Part shown: piece by piece, positions 1 to 9,007 of the stretch
Numbering within the stretch: position 1 is the first letter of the stretch
How the letters are laid out: each line of letters opens with the position of its first letter
DNA from: a virus
Length of the DNA: 64,000 nt
Virus record (IMG/VR): IMGVR_UViG_3300010373_000005
Span: 1 to 64,000 of that record
Strand: one strand, 5' to 3'
Notes under the pieces: generated by a model
Told to the model about the DNA's origin: nothing
The model's database searches: none
The model's input: only the letters and a program-made list of their open reading frames with translations
Position numbers and translations under genes: made by a program

Positions 1-206
1 GCGTCGGCGCTGGACCTCGCCATCGTCTCGTAGAACTGGTCGACCCTCTTCTTCTGGTTCTTAGGCAGCCCGCGGAAGCCGCTGAGGGCCATGGCCGCGC
101 AGTCTGAGGCGACTGACTCCCACAGGTCTGCGTCGCGCAGCTCGCCCTCGCGGGAGAAGCTGAGCCCGCGCGACAGGAACCTGCGGACGAGGACTGTGTC
201 ACTCAT
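1..206 (-). CDS. hypothetical protein (partial, 3' end outside window)
   Basis: My own minus-strand translation from the ATG at 206..204 gives MSDTVLVRRFLSRGLSFSREGELRDADLW... and stays open to the window edge. It is missing from the ORF track because it is truncated. No clear RBS. Confidence 0.4.
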   Translation of the reverse strand, partial: MSDTVLVRRFLSRGLSFSREGELRDADLWESVASDCAAMALSGFRGLPKNQKKRVDQFYETMARSSAD

Positions 207-229
207 CGGGTGAGACATTCTTGACACCA

Positions 230-856
230 TCACGGGAAGAACTGAGGTATCGGACCTGGCCACTCGATGCCTGGCACGCCCCATCCCGGATCGTCGAAGA
301 ACCACGTGTCGAACGCGGGGAACGGGTACTGTCCCGCTATCAGGTACTGGAAGTTGAGACCCTCCCCGAACGGGAGACCCCACCACTCCTGCTGCAGGTG
401 GGCGCCCATGAGCCCGTCAGAGCTGACGTCGCACGTGGCAGGAGACATCGTCGTCTGCGTGACCCCTGCGAGCCTGATCTGACCGGCGCACACCTTGTTG
501 ATCCAAGTCTCGGCCTGCTTCTTGTGCCACGACATCCTGTTGGCGCCGCCCTCGTCGGACGTGTCCTTCACACCCTTCCCGGTATACAGTATCACTGCGG
601 CGAGCCTGGTGACCTGTAGGCGCAGCATGGGAGGAGTCACTAAAATTGGCCCGCACGGTGCACCCAGAAGCCGGGATTTCGCGTCATCGGTAGCTGCCGC
701 TACCGCTGTCGCTATGGTAGCGTCCTGCTGGGACTGGGTGTTGGTGCCTTCCAAGTCTGCCCACCGCCGCGTGGCGGTCTGACCGAAGAGGGCGAAGATC
801 TCTCCAGCAGAGGTCCACATCCCAGAAGAGACGTAGCTACTACCAATTATGCTCAT
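230..856 (-). CDS. hypothetical virion/tail-associated protein
   Basis: 208-aa ORF. The ATG at 856 overlaps the stop of 853..2040 (ATGA). No recognisable catalytic motif. Lies in the tail-fibre block. Confidence 0.65.
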   Translation of the reverse strand: MSIIGSSYVSSGMWTSAGEIFALFGQTATRRWADLEGTNTQSQQDATIATAVAAATDDAKSRLLGAPCGPILVTPPMLRLQVTRLAAVILYTGKGVKDTSDEGGANRMSWHKKQAETWINKVCAGQIRLAGVTQTTMSPATCDVSSDGLMGAHLQQEWWGLPFGEGLNFQYLIAGQYPFPAFDTWFFDDPGWGVPGIEWPGPIPQFFP

Positions 857-2040
857 GGAACCGAAATGGTCGAAGGGTTAGTGAAGTTTATCTGCGAGGA
901 ATCCGCCCAGGCGTAGTACACGCCGGCGTCAAGCATGAACGTGACTTGCCCGAGATCGTTGGTGCTCAACGTACCAGCTATCACGTTTATCCCCGCCACG
1001 TCCGTGCTAATCCACACCCTGACGTTAGCTGCTGGTACTATTCCACCTGGTTGATATATGGTCAATGTCTTGCTCAAAGACCCTGGACCGACGAGCGAAC
1101 CACTCGATACCTGTATGTTCGGGAGCACGTCAAACGTGGAAGTATTATCCGGAGCCACCGTCCAACTGGGGTCTACCGTGGCTACCTTGGTAGAGCCCGC
1201 GTAGCTCGACATCTGCCGAGTCTGCCCTGCTCCTGTGCCTCCGGTAAGAACGATGAACTCCCACTGGTACAGATTGTCTACCGCGGAAGCCCCCGCGTCA
1301 AGAGTGATGGAACCCGTCGTTCCTGCTTGAGCCGTGCCTGCGTGAATCACTGGTACACCAGTCAACGACATCGCCTGCTGAGACATCTTCGTCGCGTCGT
1401 ACGTTCCTCCACTCGTGTTCACCTCCGCTAGGGCGGTCGCGTCGGGCGCCGAGTTGCATAGCGTCAGTCTAAGCCAGTTAGCGAGCGACGTGATGCCACT
1501 GAGGACAGCAGCTATCGCGGCCACTGCTGCAGATGACGCGGCCGTCTTCGCCGCGTCATATGCCGACGTCAACGTCATTGCGTCGCCAGCTTTAGACGGC
1601 GCGTAGTTCGGTTGCGAAGCAGCCAAGGTAACTGCAGTTCCTGCTTGAAACGGATCTCCGATGGCTGCTAGCAGTAGAGTCTCGTCGGCGATGTTGTTCG
1701 CGGGGAGCTTCCCGGCGATTACTGACGCCTTGTTATTTGTGTCCCAGTCGAACTTACCCGCCTGGATAACACAAATGTTCGTGCTGGCGACCATCTCGAC
1801 AAATCCACCGTCGACCATTCCGCCAGTCAGCACAGCCCAATACAACCCCGCCAGCCCGGCCGACGACGTGGCTTCGTAAATGCCAATCCCATTCGATGCC
1901 GCGTCGGTCAGCTCTGTGAGCGTGATCGTGTCGGCAACAGCCTGCGCGGCAATTGGGTCAACCGCGTACAGCTTGCAGGTGATGCTCCCGAGGCCGCTCA
2001 AGCCAGCATAGTAGTACACGGGTGTCGCCGGGTTGGGCAT
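853..2040 (-). CDS. putative tail fibre / receptor-binding protein
   Basis: 395 aa with Ala/Gly/Thr/Ser-rich composition typical of fibre proteins and no enzymatic motifs. Adjacent to the larger fibre-like gene. Confidence 0.6.
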   Translation of the reverse strand: MPNPATPVYYYAGLSGLGSITCKLYAVDPIAAQAVADTITLTELTDAASNGIGIYEATSSAGLAGLYWAVLTGGMVDGGFVEMVASTNICVIQAGKFDWDTNNKASVIAGKLPANNIADETLLLAAIGDPFQAGTAVTLAASQPNYAPSKAGDAMTLTSAYDAAKTAASSAAVAAIAAVLSGITSLANWLRLTLCNSAPDATALAEVNTSGGTYDATKMSQQAMSLTGVPVIHAGTAQAGTTGSITLDAGASAVDNLYQWEFIVLTGGTGAGQTRQMSSYAGSTKVATVDPSWTVAPDNTSTFDVLPNIQVSSGSLVGPGSLSKTLTIYQPGGIVPAANVRVWISTDVAGINVIAGTLSTNDLGQVTFMLDAGVYYAWADSSQINFTNPSTISVP

Positions 2041-2043
2041 CTC

Positions 2044-2226
2044 TTATTCTTTCGGGGTGTTGATCTGCACGAGAGCATCGTTGTACCGCTGTTCCGCTTC
2101 TTGCCAGCGGTGCGTGAGCACGGCGATTCTGGTATTGAGCACGGCCAGCTCTTTAGCGTGCTGGGCCTTCAGTTCGTCGATCGTCGGCTCCGGCTTTTCC
2201 GGTTTCTTATCTTCGGTCGCTTCCAA
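2044..2226 (-). CDS. small charged coiled-coil protein
   Basis: 60 aa. TTG start with an AGGAG RBS 7 nt upstream. Sequence EDKKPEKPEPTIDELKAQHAKELAVLNTRIAVL is heptad-like. Confidence 0.5.
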   Translation of the reverse strand: MEATEDKKPEKPEPTIDELKAQHAKELAVLNTRIAVLTHRWQEAEQRYNDALVQINTPKE

Positions 2227-2235
2227 GATTCACTC

Positions 2236-2676
2236 CTATTGCACAACTGGTTGAACCGCCGCTACTGTCGTCACCATCGCGGCGGCCTGCTCTTGTGCTG
2301 CCGCAACCGCAGGGGCGCAGATTGCCGCCGCTCCCTGCTTCGCGAGACTATTGACGTAATCACGCAGGTGGATCATCAACGCCTCGCCCGGCGATTGCGT
2401 CTGCGGTACGGTCGGCTGCCAGGACGGGTCCGGTATCATTGCCTGATAATCCGGAGTCGGAGGATTCGTGTCTGGCGTCGGGTTTGGGATCATTGGTTGC
2501 GGAGTCGGATTCGGAATCACATTGCGATAGTTGATCGCATAGAGCACGGCCGCGATATAGGCCGCGCCATCCGCTGTCGTCTCATCGACTGACGCGGAGT
2601 TGCTGCCCTGCTGGCCGGCGTTCGGCAAGCCGGGCGGATTCGTCGGCACGGGGCCGGTAACTGTGATTGTGGTCAT
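2236..2676 (-). CDS. proline-rich hypothetical protein
   Basis: 146 aa with an ATG start. Central PNPTPQPMIPNPTPDTNPPTPD low-complexity segment. Confidence 0.6.
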   Translation of the reverse strand: MTTITVTGPVPTNPPGLPNAGQQGSNSASVDETTADGAAYIAAVLYAINYRNVIPNPTPQPMIPNPTPDTNPPTPDYQAMIPDPSWQPTVPQTQSPGEALMIHLRDYVNSLAKQGAAAICAPAVAAAQEQAAAMVTTVAAVQPVVQ

Positions 2677-2684
2677 GGTGATTC

Positions 2685-4265
2685 CTACTGAATTGCGATC
2701 GCCTGCTGTCCAAGATTTTCAATAGAGTAAGTGATTCGCGGGTAGCCGGCAGAAGGCGTCAGGCTGCTGTTCGCATTCACGGAAATTACAGCCGGATTCG
2801 CGTTGCTGATAGCGAACGTCACGGCTAGCGTTCCGGCCGTTTTGTTCTGCACTTCCGTCCCTTCCAGTGTGATCGTGTTGCTCTGCGTGCCGGCCTTGTT
2901 CGTGCCATTGAACACGTAGATTCCAGAATAGACCTGGAAGTCAGTTCCGTCAGTCACCTCGACGGTATATGTTATTTTTCCGCCAATCGTCGATCCGTTA
3001 GCTTCCGTGCAATTGACAATCGCGATTGCCGAATTGTTCGTGAGAACCTTTGACGCGCCAGAGACCAGCCGGTCAACGAGGGTTTGTGCCGTCGTGCCGG
3101 ACGATCCGCCGAGTGCCCCGGACTGCAAATGAACCTTCGCAGGCACGGCAGAGCCGGTGCTGATGCCGGCCGCAATGATGACCCTTGCGCCGGCGATGTT
3201 TGTTCCAGTGCCCCCGGTTCCATGATAGACGATGTTCTGCGGCGTCGCGTGGACGGGACCATTGCCAATATAAACGTCGGTGATGTAGCCGCCCTGCAAT
3301 GTCGGGCCACCCACGACGAACTGATTGGCGGCCGTGTCGCTGGCGTTCCTCCCCAATACGATGCTGCCTGCATTTGAGACGGTGACGTTTGTGCCGATTG
3401 CAATTGTGTTCGTAGCCGTCACCGATGATGTGCGGCCAACAACGACGGAAAAATTACTAGTAGTGCTGCATAAGTATCCGACAACGGTGCCACCCTGACT
3501 GCTAGAAGATGATCCGTTACCGACGACGGTAGATTCCGCGGCACTTACAGTCGAGCCAGCCCCGAACACTTCTGCATGGGCTATTCCCTGTGAATTTGAA
3601 AATGCGGCCGACGACCCATTCAGTGAAAGCACGGCCCCGCTGCTCAGCGTCATCATATCCGTAAAGCTACCGCTTCCCGCTGCACTGATGCGTGACGACC
3701 AGACCATGCTGCCGCTAGGTGAGCTTCCCGCTGTTGTACGAACTTGGCGAAGGAACTCGACGTAGTTGTCCGCAGGAGTTCCCGACGTGTTCCAGGCGTG
3801 GCCTATGTCGTGGTCGCAGGGGACGTACTGGTTCTGGACCGAGACGGTTGAAGCGGTGGCGTTCTGATTTACACGCGAGTCGGTCTGCGTCGTCGTGATG
3901 TTGTTCTGTTGCCAGATGTGTTTTCCGGTCCACCTTGGAGCAATCGTCTGATCCAATGCCGGAGCTCCGTCCGATCGCATGAACGTCGCGGCTGAGCCGT
4001 TGACGGCGGTGAGTCCGACAGAGGCAGTGGGATTGCCGGCGGATGGGCCCGTCACTGCGGACCATGACGTATTGCCGCTGCCATCGCTCTTGAGGTAGCC
4101 CGACGCGTCGGCTGTCGGCATCTTCCAGACGACAGACGGTCCCACTGACGGCGACACCCATCCTGCGTATCCCGACGTGGCCCCGAGCGTGACAAGCCCA
4201 GTACCTTTGGCCGATGCTGGCTTCAGGTTGCCGTTTCCGTCAGGGATCATCAGCTTTATGGACAC
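2685..4265 (-). CDS. tail fibre protein
   Basis: 526 aa with a GTG start. The N-terminal SDGSGNTSWSAVTG...FMRSDGAPALDQ...WTGKHIWQ pattern is typical of phage fibre N-termini (from recall). A long Ser/Gly/Thr/Asn-rich beta region follows. Confidence 0.7.
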   Translation of the reverse strand: MSIKLMIPDGNGNLKPASAKGTGLVTLGATSGYAGWVSPSVGPSVVWKMPTADASGYLKSDGSGNTSWSAVTGPSAGNPTASVGLTAVNGSAATFMRSDGAPALDQTIAPRWTGKHIWQQNNITTTQTDSRVNQNATASTVSVQNQYVPCDHDIGHAWNTSGTPADNYVEFLRQVRTTAGSSPSGSMVWSSRISAAGSGSFTDMMTLSSGAVLSLNGSSAAFSNSQGIAHAEVFGAGSTVSAAESTVVGNGSSSSSQGGTVVGYLCSTTSNFSVVVGRTSSVTATNTIAIGTNVTVSNAGSIVLGRNASDTAANQFVVGGPTLQGGYITDVYIGNGPVHATPQNIVYHGTGGTGTNIAGARVIIAAGISTGSAVPAKVHLQSGALGGSSGTTAQTLVDRLVSGASKVLTNNSAIAIVNCTEANGSTIGGKITYTVEVTDGTDFQVYSGIYVFNGTNKAGTQSNTITLEGTEVQNKTAGTLAVTFAISNANPAVISVNANSSLTPSAGYPRITYSIENLGQQAIAIQ

Positions 4266-4383
4266 TGCGGATAACTCTCGATCGGACGGTTATTTGTGCT
4301 CGAAAAAACGCGGGAAATTGCTCACAGTAGAAGCTCTGCATAAAACGACACGAGCCGGGTCGCGTGGGTGGGTCAAATACCCC

Positions 4384-4457
4384 AGCGAGCACCGGCTCGA
4401 GCGCCTCCGTGAGAAGGACGCGAGATACGCGACATTTCACGGAGGCGCGTGCTCGCT
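4384..4457 (-). other. long imperfect hairpin in the fibre-upstream intergenic region
   Basis: The outer arms AGCGAGCAC/GTGCTCGCT enclose the 12-bp arms GCGCCTCCGTGA/TCACGGAGGCGC. T-runs follow on the minus strand near 4301-4310. Confidence 0.5.
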
Positions 4458-4472
4458 GTACCAGAACTTACC

Positions 4473-4835
4473 CTACTTCGCGACTGGAGTGCCCAGTGTC
4501 GCGTCGAGGCTGGTCGGATCACCGCCCTGGACCGTGACGTTGAAGTCCAGCTCGAGAGCGTCGACGCCTGGCGTGACGTCGCCCTCGGCCGTGATCTTGA
4601 CCGTGGCCACTCCAGGCTTGCCTGAGACGAGCCAGCCGCTCATGCCGTCCGTGACTGGCGTGGTGCCGTCCTCAGCGACCGCGGACACCGAGACGACCGA
4701 GTCGTCGCTCGAGGTCCAGACCGGCACGCCGTGCAGCTGCCCGGGCTGCCCGCCCGCGTCCGCGCCGGGCGCGAGCTTCACGAACACCTTCTGGTTGTCG
4801 ACCAGTGTGACTGCCTCGACTGTGGGAGCTCCCAT
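4473..4835 (-). CDS. Ig-like (Big_2-type) domain protein
   Basis: Internal ATG at 4835 preceded by AAAGGAAAG. VPVWTSSDDSVVSVS...GVATVKITAEGD resembles bacterial Ig-like group 2 domains. The longer track ORF overlaps the upstream gene. Confidence 0.65.
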   Translation of the reverse strand: MGAPTVEAVTLVDNQKVFVKLAPGADAGGQPGQLHGVPVWTSSDDSVVSVSAVAEDGTTPVTDGMSGWLVSGKPGVATVKITAEGDVTPGVDALELDFNVTVQGGDPTSLDATLGTPVAK

Positions 4836-4954
4836 GAGATTCTTTCCTTTGGCCCTCACGGGGCCTAACGAGACTTCGAGGCCTCGCGTCCCAGCTGGTG
4901 CCGGGAACCACGCGATGAGCCACCTCAAGAACGTCTTGAACAGCGGGTCCTGCG

Positions 4955-5353
4955 TCATCTCCTGCGACCCTTCCTTCCAGGCGCGGGGCAACCGCCCGGA
5001 GGGCAGCTGCTGCCACTGCTATACGAGGAGGTCTTGCGACCCTCCTCCGCGTCGTGTATCGCGTCATGAGTGGCGAGCATCTGCGCCCGCGACATGCCGG
5101 ACACGTCGACGCCGTGATCGCTGCGCAAGTGATCCGCGATCTTCCGGTCTGACGGCGACCAGTCTCCACTGATGTTCCAACGCATCCGGTAGGAGTAAGA
5201 TACGCTGGACGACACGGACGCGGGACGAGCCTTCGCCGCGACGGCCTTGCCGACCCTCACGAGGTCCCCGTCCGCGTCGGAGTACCAGGTGTCGGCACTG
5301 CACAGTCGAGTCGAGAGCATTAGTACTGCGACGACGTAGGTGCTGATCCTCAT
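4955..5353 (-). CDS. small secreted protein
   Basis: The ATG at 5353 overlaps the stop of 5350..6207 (ATGA). MRISTYVVAVLMLSTRLCSADTWY looks like a signal peptide. The upstream part of track ORF 4955..5788 is Arg-rich out-of-frame sequence. Confidence 0.55.
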   Translation of the reverse strand: MRISTYVVAVLMLSTRLCSADTWYSDADGDLVRVGKAVAAKARPASVSSSVSYSYRMRWNISGDWSPSDRKIADHLRSDHGVDVSGMSRAQMLATHDAIHDAEEGRKTSSYSSGSSCPPGGCPAPGRKGRRR

Positions 5354-6207
5354 CCCGCCTCCTGCGCGCCAGAGTCCACTGCGGCGACCACAATGATGTA
5401 CGCGTCGTTCTTCGTGGCGGCGTACTGTACGGAGCGCTCCTTGGCTATGAAACGGCCGTTCTTCTTGAGGCCCCAGGTCTTCGACCAGTCGTTCACGCCG
5501 TCGAGCATCCACTCGCTGCCAGACCAGATGAGCCCGTCTGCAGTCACCGAGTGATTGCTGATCCCCTGCACCGCGTTTACCGCGCCGTCGGCGTCGTAGC
5601 GCTCCCAGTTCCTGTCGACCCCGACCGGGTACACCGGCATCTTGCCGAGCTGTATCGCGAGGCAGATGTCGTCGAAGCTGTCTGCCGTGAGCGCCTCGGC
5701 TACCAGCCGGGTCTTGGCGGACGCCACGGCGGCAGCCGACATCTGGCTCACGAAGATGTTCGGGTAGTCGAACTCCGAGTGCAGGCACGCGCCGAACTGC
5801 ATGAGCCCCGTGGTCACCGCGTCGACGATGACAGCCCCGCGGTCCCGGTTCCCGTTGATGCGCGCGTAGATGCTCGCGCCGCTGAGCACCTCGAAGACGC
5901 CGGTCGCGAACCAGCGCGCCCTCATGAACGCGCCTGCCGAGGAACCTCCGACGCAGCCCGACGTCTGCATCTGGTTGAGGAACCAGTCAGACGTGAACAC
6001 GGTCTGGTTGTTGACTGGCTTCCACTCGCTGCGCGGAGGACGCTTGATCTGGTTCGCGTCGAGGTACTCCGAGAACGAGCGCAGCCCAGCGCGCATCTGG
6101 AGGTGGTTGTCCTCGACTGGATTCAACCCCACGAAGCGCTTCGTGCCGTCGAGCAGCTCGATGACGTGGCCAGCGTCGAACGGGTCGTTGCTGAGTTCTT
6201 CGCTCAT
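5350..6207 (-). CDS. papain-like (C1 family) cysteine peptidase
   Basis: The catalytic triad context can be read directly: Q..SGCVGGSSAGAF (Cys), ISNHSVTADGL (His), VNDWSKTWGLKKNGRF (Asn-x-Trp...WG..G). No signal peptide. Confidence 0.75.
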   Translation of the reverse strand: MSEELSNDPFDAGHVIELLDGTKRFVGLNPVEDNHLQMRAGLRSFSEYLDANQIKRPPRSEWKPVNNQTVFTSDWFLNQMQTSGCVGGSSAGAFMRARWFATGVFEVLSGASIYARINGNRDRGAVIVDAVTTGLMQFGACLHSEFDYPNIFVSQMSAAAVASAKTRLVAEALTADSFDDICLAIQLGKMPVYPVGVDRNWERYDADGAVNAVQGISNHSVTADGLIWSGSEWMLDGVNDWSKTWGLKKNGRFIAKERSVQYAATKNDAYIIVVAAVDSGAQEAG

Positions 6208-7211
6208 TGGCAGTACTTCCCTAGCAGGGCGTTCATGCCGACCTCGGTCGGCGGGAGCTTGAGCTCAGTGACGTTGTCGTTGAGCACGGTCCACGGCTTC
6301 GTCCTCGAGTCCATGACAAGGACGATCGGCAGTCCGCCGGCCTTGGTGACGAACTTCGCGTACAGCGTCGCCTCAGGGCTGTTCTTGTCCGCGACGGCCA
6401 TCTCCTTGACCTGCGTCCTGACGTTGTTGATCGACACCGCGCTCGCCAGCCAGTGACCGATGGGCCGCCTTGCCCAGTCGTCGATCGTGACCACGAACAC
6501 ACTCTTGAGCGGCACCTTGGTGACGACCGGTGCCGGCGGCGTGGGCCCGACCGGTGCCGGCGGCGTGGGCCCGACCGGCGCCGGCGGCGTGGGCCCGACC
6601 GGCGCCGGCGCCGGCGCGACTCCGGTAACCACCACGACGGTGATGACCGGCCTGGTCACGCCGACGCTGTTTCCAGTGTAGCCCAGCAGCCTGTAGCTGC
6701 CAGGCACGTGGGCCCACACGATGGCGGACTTCACGTCGGAATTGACTAGCTTGTGCGACTGGAACAGCCTGAGACCCGCGTCGATCGGATACCACTGGAC
6801 CACGTCGCAGTTGGTATCGGCAGTCACCTCCAGCGGCTCTCCGATCTCTCCGTCGACCTCGGCAGGCAGCGACAGGGTCGGCGCCACGCCCGGCGCTGGG
6901 GGGTTGACAGGCGCAGGCGGGTTGACCGGCAGCGGGTCAGCTCGCATCGTCCTGAGCGCCGACTTGAGGTCCGTCGCGTCGATCTTGAAGTCCACCTTGA
7001 CGGGTTGCACCTCGACGGGCGCGACGCTCACCGGCTCGGACTTGACGACCGGCGCGGAATCGGCAGCCTTGACCGGCTCGGCGACCTTCGCGGGCGCGGT
7101 CTCGACCTGCTCGGCTCGCGGCGTGCCGAACAGCGCCCGAGACGCAGCCGGATTGCCGTTGCATCCGGCGAGCATCACGCAGAACGACAGTAGCAGCGTG
7201 AATCTCTTCAT
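6204..7211 (-). CDS. lipoprotein with proline-rich tandem repeats
   Basis: MKRFTLLLSFCVMLAGC has a lipobox (LAGC). Contains PTPPAPVG x3 and PPAPVN x2 repeats. The start overlaps the upstream stop. Confidence 0.75.
   Translation of the reverse strand: MKRFTLLLSFCVMLAGCNGNPAASRALFGTPRAEQVETAPAKVAEPVKAADSAPVVKSEPVSVAPVEVQPVKVDFKIDATDLKSALRTMRADPLPVNPPAPVNPPAPGVAPTLSLPAEVDGEIGEPLEVTADTNCDVVQWYPIDAGLRLFQSHKLVNSDVKSAIVWAHVPGSYRLLGYTGNSVGVTRPVITVVVVTGVAPAPAPVGPTPPAPVGPTPPAPVGPTPPAPVVTKVPLKSVFVVTIDDWARRPIGHWLASAVSINNVRTQVKEMAVADKNSPEATLYAKFVTKAGGLPIVLVMDSRTKPWTVLNDNVTELKLPPTEVGMNALLGKYCQ
6525..6620. repeat. 24-bp tandem repeat, about 3.5-4 copies
   Basis: GACCGGTGCCGGCGGCGTGGGCCC occurs at 6525, 6549 and 6573 (the last with 1 mismatch), plus a partial copy. 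It encodes the PTPPAPVG repeats of the lipoprotein. Confidence 0.9.
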
Positions 7212-7588
7212 CACTTGCCTCCTGTCAGCTCTTCAGCGTGAGTCTCGGCGACAGTGTTCAGGGCGGTCACCAACTTCGTGTGACCGTTGAGCGACGCACT
7301 GGTGAGGGCCCGCGTCAGGTACATCCCGGCCTCTGTGGGCACGGTACCGTCGTCACGCGGAGCGACCGGAGGAGGCGCGTTGTGCGCCTTGTTCTGGTTA
7401 GTGTAGTTCTTGACGCACCCGCAGACGTAGGCCACGAGGGCCAGACCACCTGCAGAGATACCTAACGAGGTCGGCAGCGTAGGATCGTTCAGCATCGTCG
7501 TGCAGACCACCCCGCCGATGACGGCGAGCGAGTTGAGCACTGACGGCGTAACGGTCTCCACGGCCGAGGGAGCTTTGGCCGGGGTCAT
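7211..7588 (-). CDS. two-TM membrane protein (holin-like topology only)
   Basis: The ATG at 7588 overlaps the upstream stop (ATGA). Hydrophobic segments are LNSLAVIGGVVCTTML and LGISAGGLALVAYVCGCV. Confidence 0.55.
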   Translation of the reverse strand: MTPAKAPSAVETVTPSVLNSLAVIGGVVCTTMLNDPTLPTSLGISAGGLALVAYVCGCVKNYTNQNKAHNAPPPVAPRDDGTVPTEAGMYLTRALTSASLNGHTKLVTALNTVAETHAEELTGGK

Positions 7589-7809
7589 GGCTTGGGCGCC
7601 TCCGCGACGGCGGCGGGCGCGACCGGGGGCGGCACCTGGAGCGGCGGGAAGAACGCGTCCAGCAGTGCCACGACTGCGGGAAGCATCGGACCGAGCTCTG
7701 ATAAAAAACTGACGACCGGCGTGATGCCGGGCCACTTGCCCTCCAGCCACTTGGCTACCTGAGGGTCGTTGAGCAGCGCCTGGAGCGCCTGTACTTGCGC
7801 CTGGTTCAT
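7585..7809 (-). CDS. small hypothetical protein with hydrophobic C-terminal half
   Basis: ATG at 7809 with an AAAGGGA RBS. Sequence MNQAQVQALQALLNDPQVAKWLEGKWPGITPVVSFLSELGPMLPAVVALL. Confidence 0.5.
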   Translation of the reverse strand: MNQAQVQALQALLNDPQVAKWLEGKWPGITPVVSFLSELGPMLPAVVALLDAFFPPLQVPPPVAPAAVAEAPKP

Positions 7810-7858
7810 GTCGGTCCCTTTCACGGAGTAAGACCTGCTACCAGACTCTTACATACCC

Positions 7859-8143
7859 TCAGCGCAGCTCCACCGTGTGCGTGTGCACCGTGTGACGCCG
7901 CACCCGAACTCGGTGCTTGACGACCACAGGATCAGACGGTGCCGCGTAGACTCTCTGCACTGAGTACACCCTGGGCGCAGAGTAGACATGCACCCCGTAC
8001 GCCGGCAGCGAGTACTGCTGCACTGCGACGGGCGCCGCGCCGTAGTAGTTGTGCTCGACCCTGACGTTAGGACCCAGCAGCCAGCCTGCCTGGCACAGGC
8101 AGGGCGTGAGCAGCGTGACGAGAAGCGTGCTAACCAATCTCAT
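7859..8143 (-). CDS. small secreted protein
   Basis: MRLVSTLLVTLLTPCLCQAG has an N-terminal signal-like segment. The mature part is Tyr/Val-rich and repetitive (VYSAPRVYSVQRVYAAP). Confidence 0.55.
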   Translation of the reverse strand: MRLVSTLLVTLLTPCLCQAGWLLGPNVRVEHNYYGAAPVAVQQYSLPAYGVHVYSAPRVYSVQRVYAAPSDPVVVKHRVRVRRHTVHTHTVELR

Positions 8144-8504
8144 GTCTCTCCTCCTTTACGGTACTGATGATAGAACTGTTGAGCGTCACCTTCTCTCCGA
8201 CGTCAACTTCCATGGTGAGCAGCGGCGGCCACAACGTCGCAGCCTGAGGCTTCGTCAGGGCCTGCGCGCGCTGTATGAGGTCCTCGACGCGCATTCCGAG
8301 TTCCGGTCCGAGCACGATCGGCTTCTCGACCTGCTTGGCGTTGAGCAGAAGCGGGGTCTTGTGCTCCCCTGGGAACATGGGTTCCACGGTCTCGCACTCT
8401 ATGTTGTAGAACTCTGGAATCATGTCTATCTTGACCACGACGGCTGGCACGTATACCACGTCCCCGACCTTGAGCTCGTTGCCGTTCCTGTCGTGGTTAG
8501 GCAT
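8130..8504 (-). CDS. hypothetical protein
   Basis: ATG at 8504 with an AGGAGG RBS 8 nt upstream. 124 aa with no motif recognised. Confidence 0.55.
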   Translation of the reverse strand: MPNHDRNGNELKVGDVVYVPAVVVKIDMIPEFYNIECETVEPMFPGEHKTPLLLNAKQVEKPIVLGPELGMRVEDLIQRAQALTKPQAATLWPPLLTMEVDVGEKVTLNSSIISTVKEERHEIG

Positions 8505-8994
8505 GTCCTGTTCCTCCTGGCCCGAGATACCTGCAGCCACCTTCCTCTATGTTCTCTGCCAGCCTCTGGAGCGCGAGCGCCATCTTGTTGTCGTCCTCAC
8601 GCCTAAAAGATGCCTGGTTCTTGTCGTCCTCCCTCTTGACGTCCCACATGGTCTTGACGTCTTGTCGGTAGTTCATGATAAGCGTCTGCACCTGCTCGAA
8701 GTGCTGCTTGCGGGCCTCTGACAGGTGCTCGAAGTGCTGCTTCCTCATCTCTGTGAGCTGCTCAGTGTGAGACTTCTCTATGGCAGGTATCCTGCTCGTG
8801 GTCATGTACCACGCGTACCAGATGGCGAAGCAGGGCCCACCCAGCATCCCTATCACCACCCCTGTGCCTGCCGCCCAGGGCGGCACGCTCTCCATCGCGG
8901 CCCCTCCTGAGGCAGCGCCCTCTGCGGCGAACACCAGTACGGGCCAGAAGATGAGAGTCAGTAGCGGCACTACCGGGTTAGCCCACCTAGTCAT
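8497..8994 (-). CDS. membrane protein with C-terminal coiled coil
   Basis: Two hydrophobic segments (PLLTLIFWPVLVFA, VVIGMLGGPCFAIWYAWY). These are followed by the duplicated EMRKQHFEHLSEARKQHFEQ charged helix. Confidence 0.6.
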   Translation of the reverse strand: MTRWANPVVPLLTLIFWPVLVFAAEGAASGGAAMESVPPWAAGTGVVIGMLGGPCFAIWYAWYMTTSRIPAIEKSHTEQLTEMRKQHFEHLSEARKQHFEQVQTLIMNYRQDVKTMWDVKREDDKNQASFRREDDNKMALALQRLAENIEEGGCRYLGPGGTGHA

Positions 8995-9007
8995 CTGTGA
9001 GACCTCC

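Noticed and set aside
4955-5788. Alternative-frame minus-strand ORFs (4955..5788 upstream part, 30117..30845 upstream part, 52628..53227, 53664..54281, 10224..10781 and others).
   Set aside because: They overlap genes with recognisable catalytic motifs and have Arg-rich junk-like composition. Only their 3' portions downstream of coupled start codons were kept where supported.
7211-8994. Assigning holin, i-spanin and o-spanin roles to the small membrane and secreted proteins.
   Set aside because: Topology alone is not diagnostic. The 94-aa secreted protein lacks a proper lipobox (Pro at -1), and the only true lipoprotein is 335 aa, far larger than o-spanins.
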